Part shown: positions 63,804 through 64,000 of the stretch, in pieces
Layout: each line of letters opens with the position of its first letter
Numbering within the stretch: position 1 is the first letter of the stretch
NCBI GenBank assembly: GCA_964385715.1
Contig: CAYLRE010000001.1
Location: 1,672 to 65,671 of the forward strand
Source of the DNA: an uncultured Planctomycetaceae bacterium
GTDB taxonomy: Bacteria; Planctomycetota; Planctomycetia; Pirellulales; UBA7805
Length of the DNA: 64,000 bases
Direction: 5' to 3'
Notes under the pieces: model-generated
Database searches by the model: none
What the model saw: the letters and a program-made list of their open reading frames with translations, nothing else
Told to the model about the DNA's origin: nothing
Position numbers and translations under genes: made by a program

Positions 63804-64000
63804 ATGGCCAAGAAGAAAGTGGCACGTAAAAAAAAGGTCGTTCGCAAGAAGACCCCCGCTCGCGCCGGCACGAAAAAGACCGTCAAGAAGAAGGTCAAGA
63901 AAAAAGTCCGCCGCGCAGAGGCTCCCAAGCGGTCCAACGGTGCCCGACCGAAGCTGGGAACGCGCGATAAGCAAACGATGGGCAAGCTCGTCAATCTGGC
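63804..64000 (+). CDS. probable DNA topoisomerase VI subunit A (Spo11-like), N-terminal fragment only; Lys-rich N-terminus
   Basis: The reading frame stays open from the ATG at 63804 to the window end: MAKKKVARKKKVVRKKTPARAGTKKTVKKKVKKKVRRAEAPKR...DKQTMGKLVNL. The function is inferred only from its position downstream of top6B. It is not in the ORF track because it has no stop in the window. Confidence 0.45.
   Translation, partial: MAKKKVARKKKVVRKKTPARAGTKKTVKKKVKKKVRRAEAPKRSNGARPKLGTRDKQTMGKLVNL

Noticed and set aside
63713-63830. A 38-codon ORF starting at the ATG embedded in the GACTATG end of repeat module C (MAVDQEHPDPAFGLTKRQHNRHQ...).
   Set aside because: The ATG is part of the repeat consensus; the same GACTATG abuts the VIT1 gene at 21012. 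The ORF also overlaps the start of the Lys-rich top6A-like gene in another frame and has no coding signature.
1-64000. A search for tRNA, rRNA, tmRNA, RNase P RNA and known riboswitches in the intergenic regions. The regions checked included 15483-16068, 45959-46319, 46653-47226, 51645-51999, 56653-57216 and 59319-59947.
   Set aside because: I found no cloverleaf-compatible T-arm (GTTCGAATC-like) or anticodon-arm patterns and no recognisable riboswitch cores by eye. A tRNAscan/Infernal run would be needed to be sure.

Overview
This is a densely coding chromosomal segment, roughly 58-60% GC by eye. Its gene content and sequence idiosyncrasies look like a Planctomycetota (Pirellulales-type) genome; that placement is an inference, because no marker gene such as 16S is present.

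Most of the window is recognisable housekeeping:
- Protein turnover and folding: an M20 peptidase, an orphan GroES-like gene, and two trypsin-like proteases.
- Central metabolism: class II DAHP synthase, lysA, thyA and folA.
- RNA and ribosome functions: rplU, RNase E/G plus a TIGR03936-type gene, def-fmt and miaB.
- A permease-less nitrogen-type PTS block (ptsI, HPr, IIA-Ntr, hpf).
- The divergent epmB / efp-epmA EF-P beta-lysylation cluster.
- Cell envelope and nitrogen control: murJ, an ABC-F ATPase, a PII protein and glnE.
- Topoisomerase VI: subunit B and the start of a probable subunit A.

I recognised no rRNA, tRNA, CRISPR array, transposase or integrase.

The best candidate for an undescribed system is a six-gene minus-strand operon at 31.9-38.7 kb. 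Its order is vWA protein, TPR-like protein, ExbB, ExbD, ExbD, then an 868-aa TPR protein. I recognised no TonB C-terminal-domain protein in the operon. The vWA protein instead carries a TonB-like SxxxH signal-anchor helix. This suggests a proton-motive-force-coupled vWA/TPR envelope machine; that interpretation is inference only.

Other points worth a second look:
- An in-frame TGA separates a perfect Sec signal peptide from its protease.
- A roughly 100-nt doubly deleted relic of the PII locus lies downstream of two tandem paralogous membrane proteins.
- Two strong intrinsic terminators point away from any annotated gene, suggesting candidate sRNAs.
- A cluster of perfect palindromes lies upstream of a LuxR-type regulator.
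- A nested-hairpin, MITE-like element is present.
- Several families of short interspersed modular repeats fill operon spacers.
- Histone-H1-like poly-lysine tails recur on five unrelated proteins.

All functional calls rest on motif recognition by eye. No database search was run.
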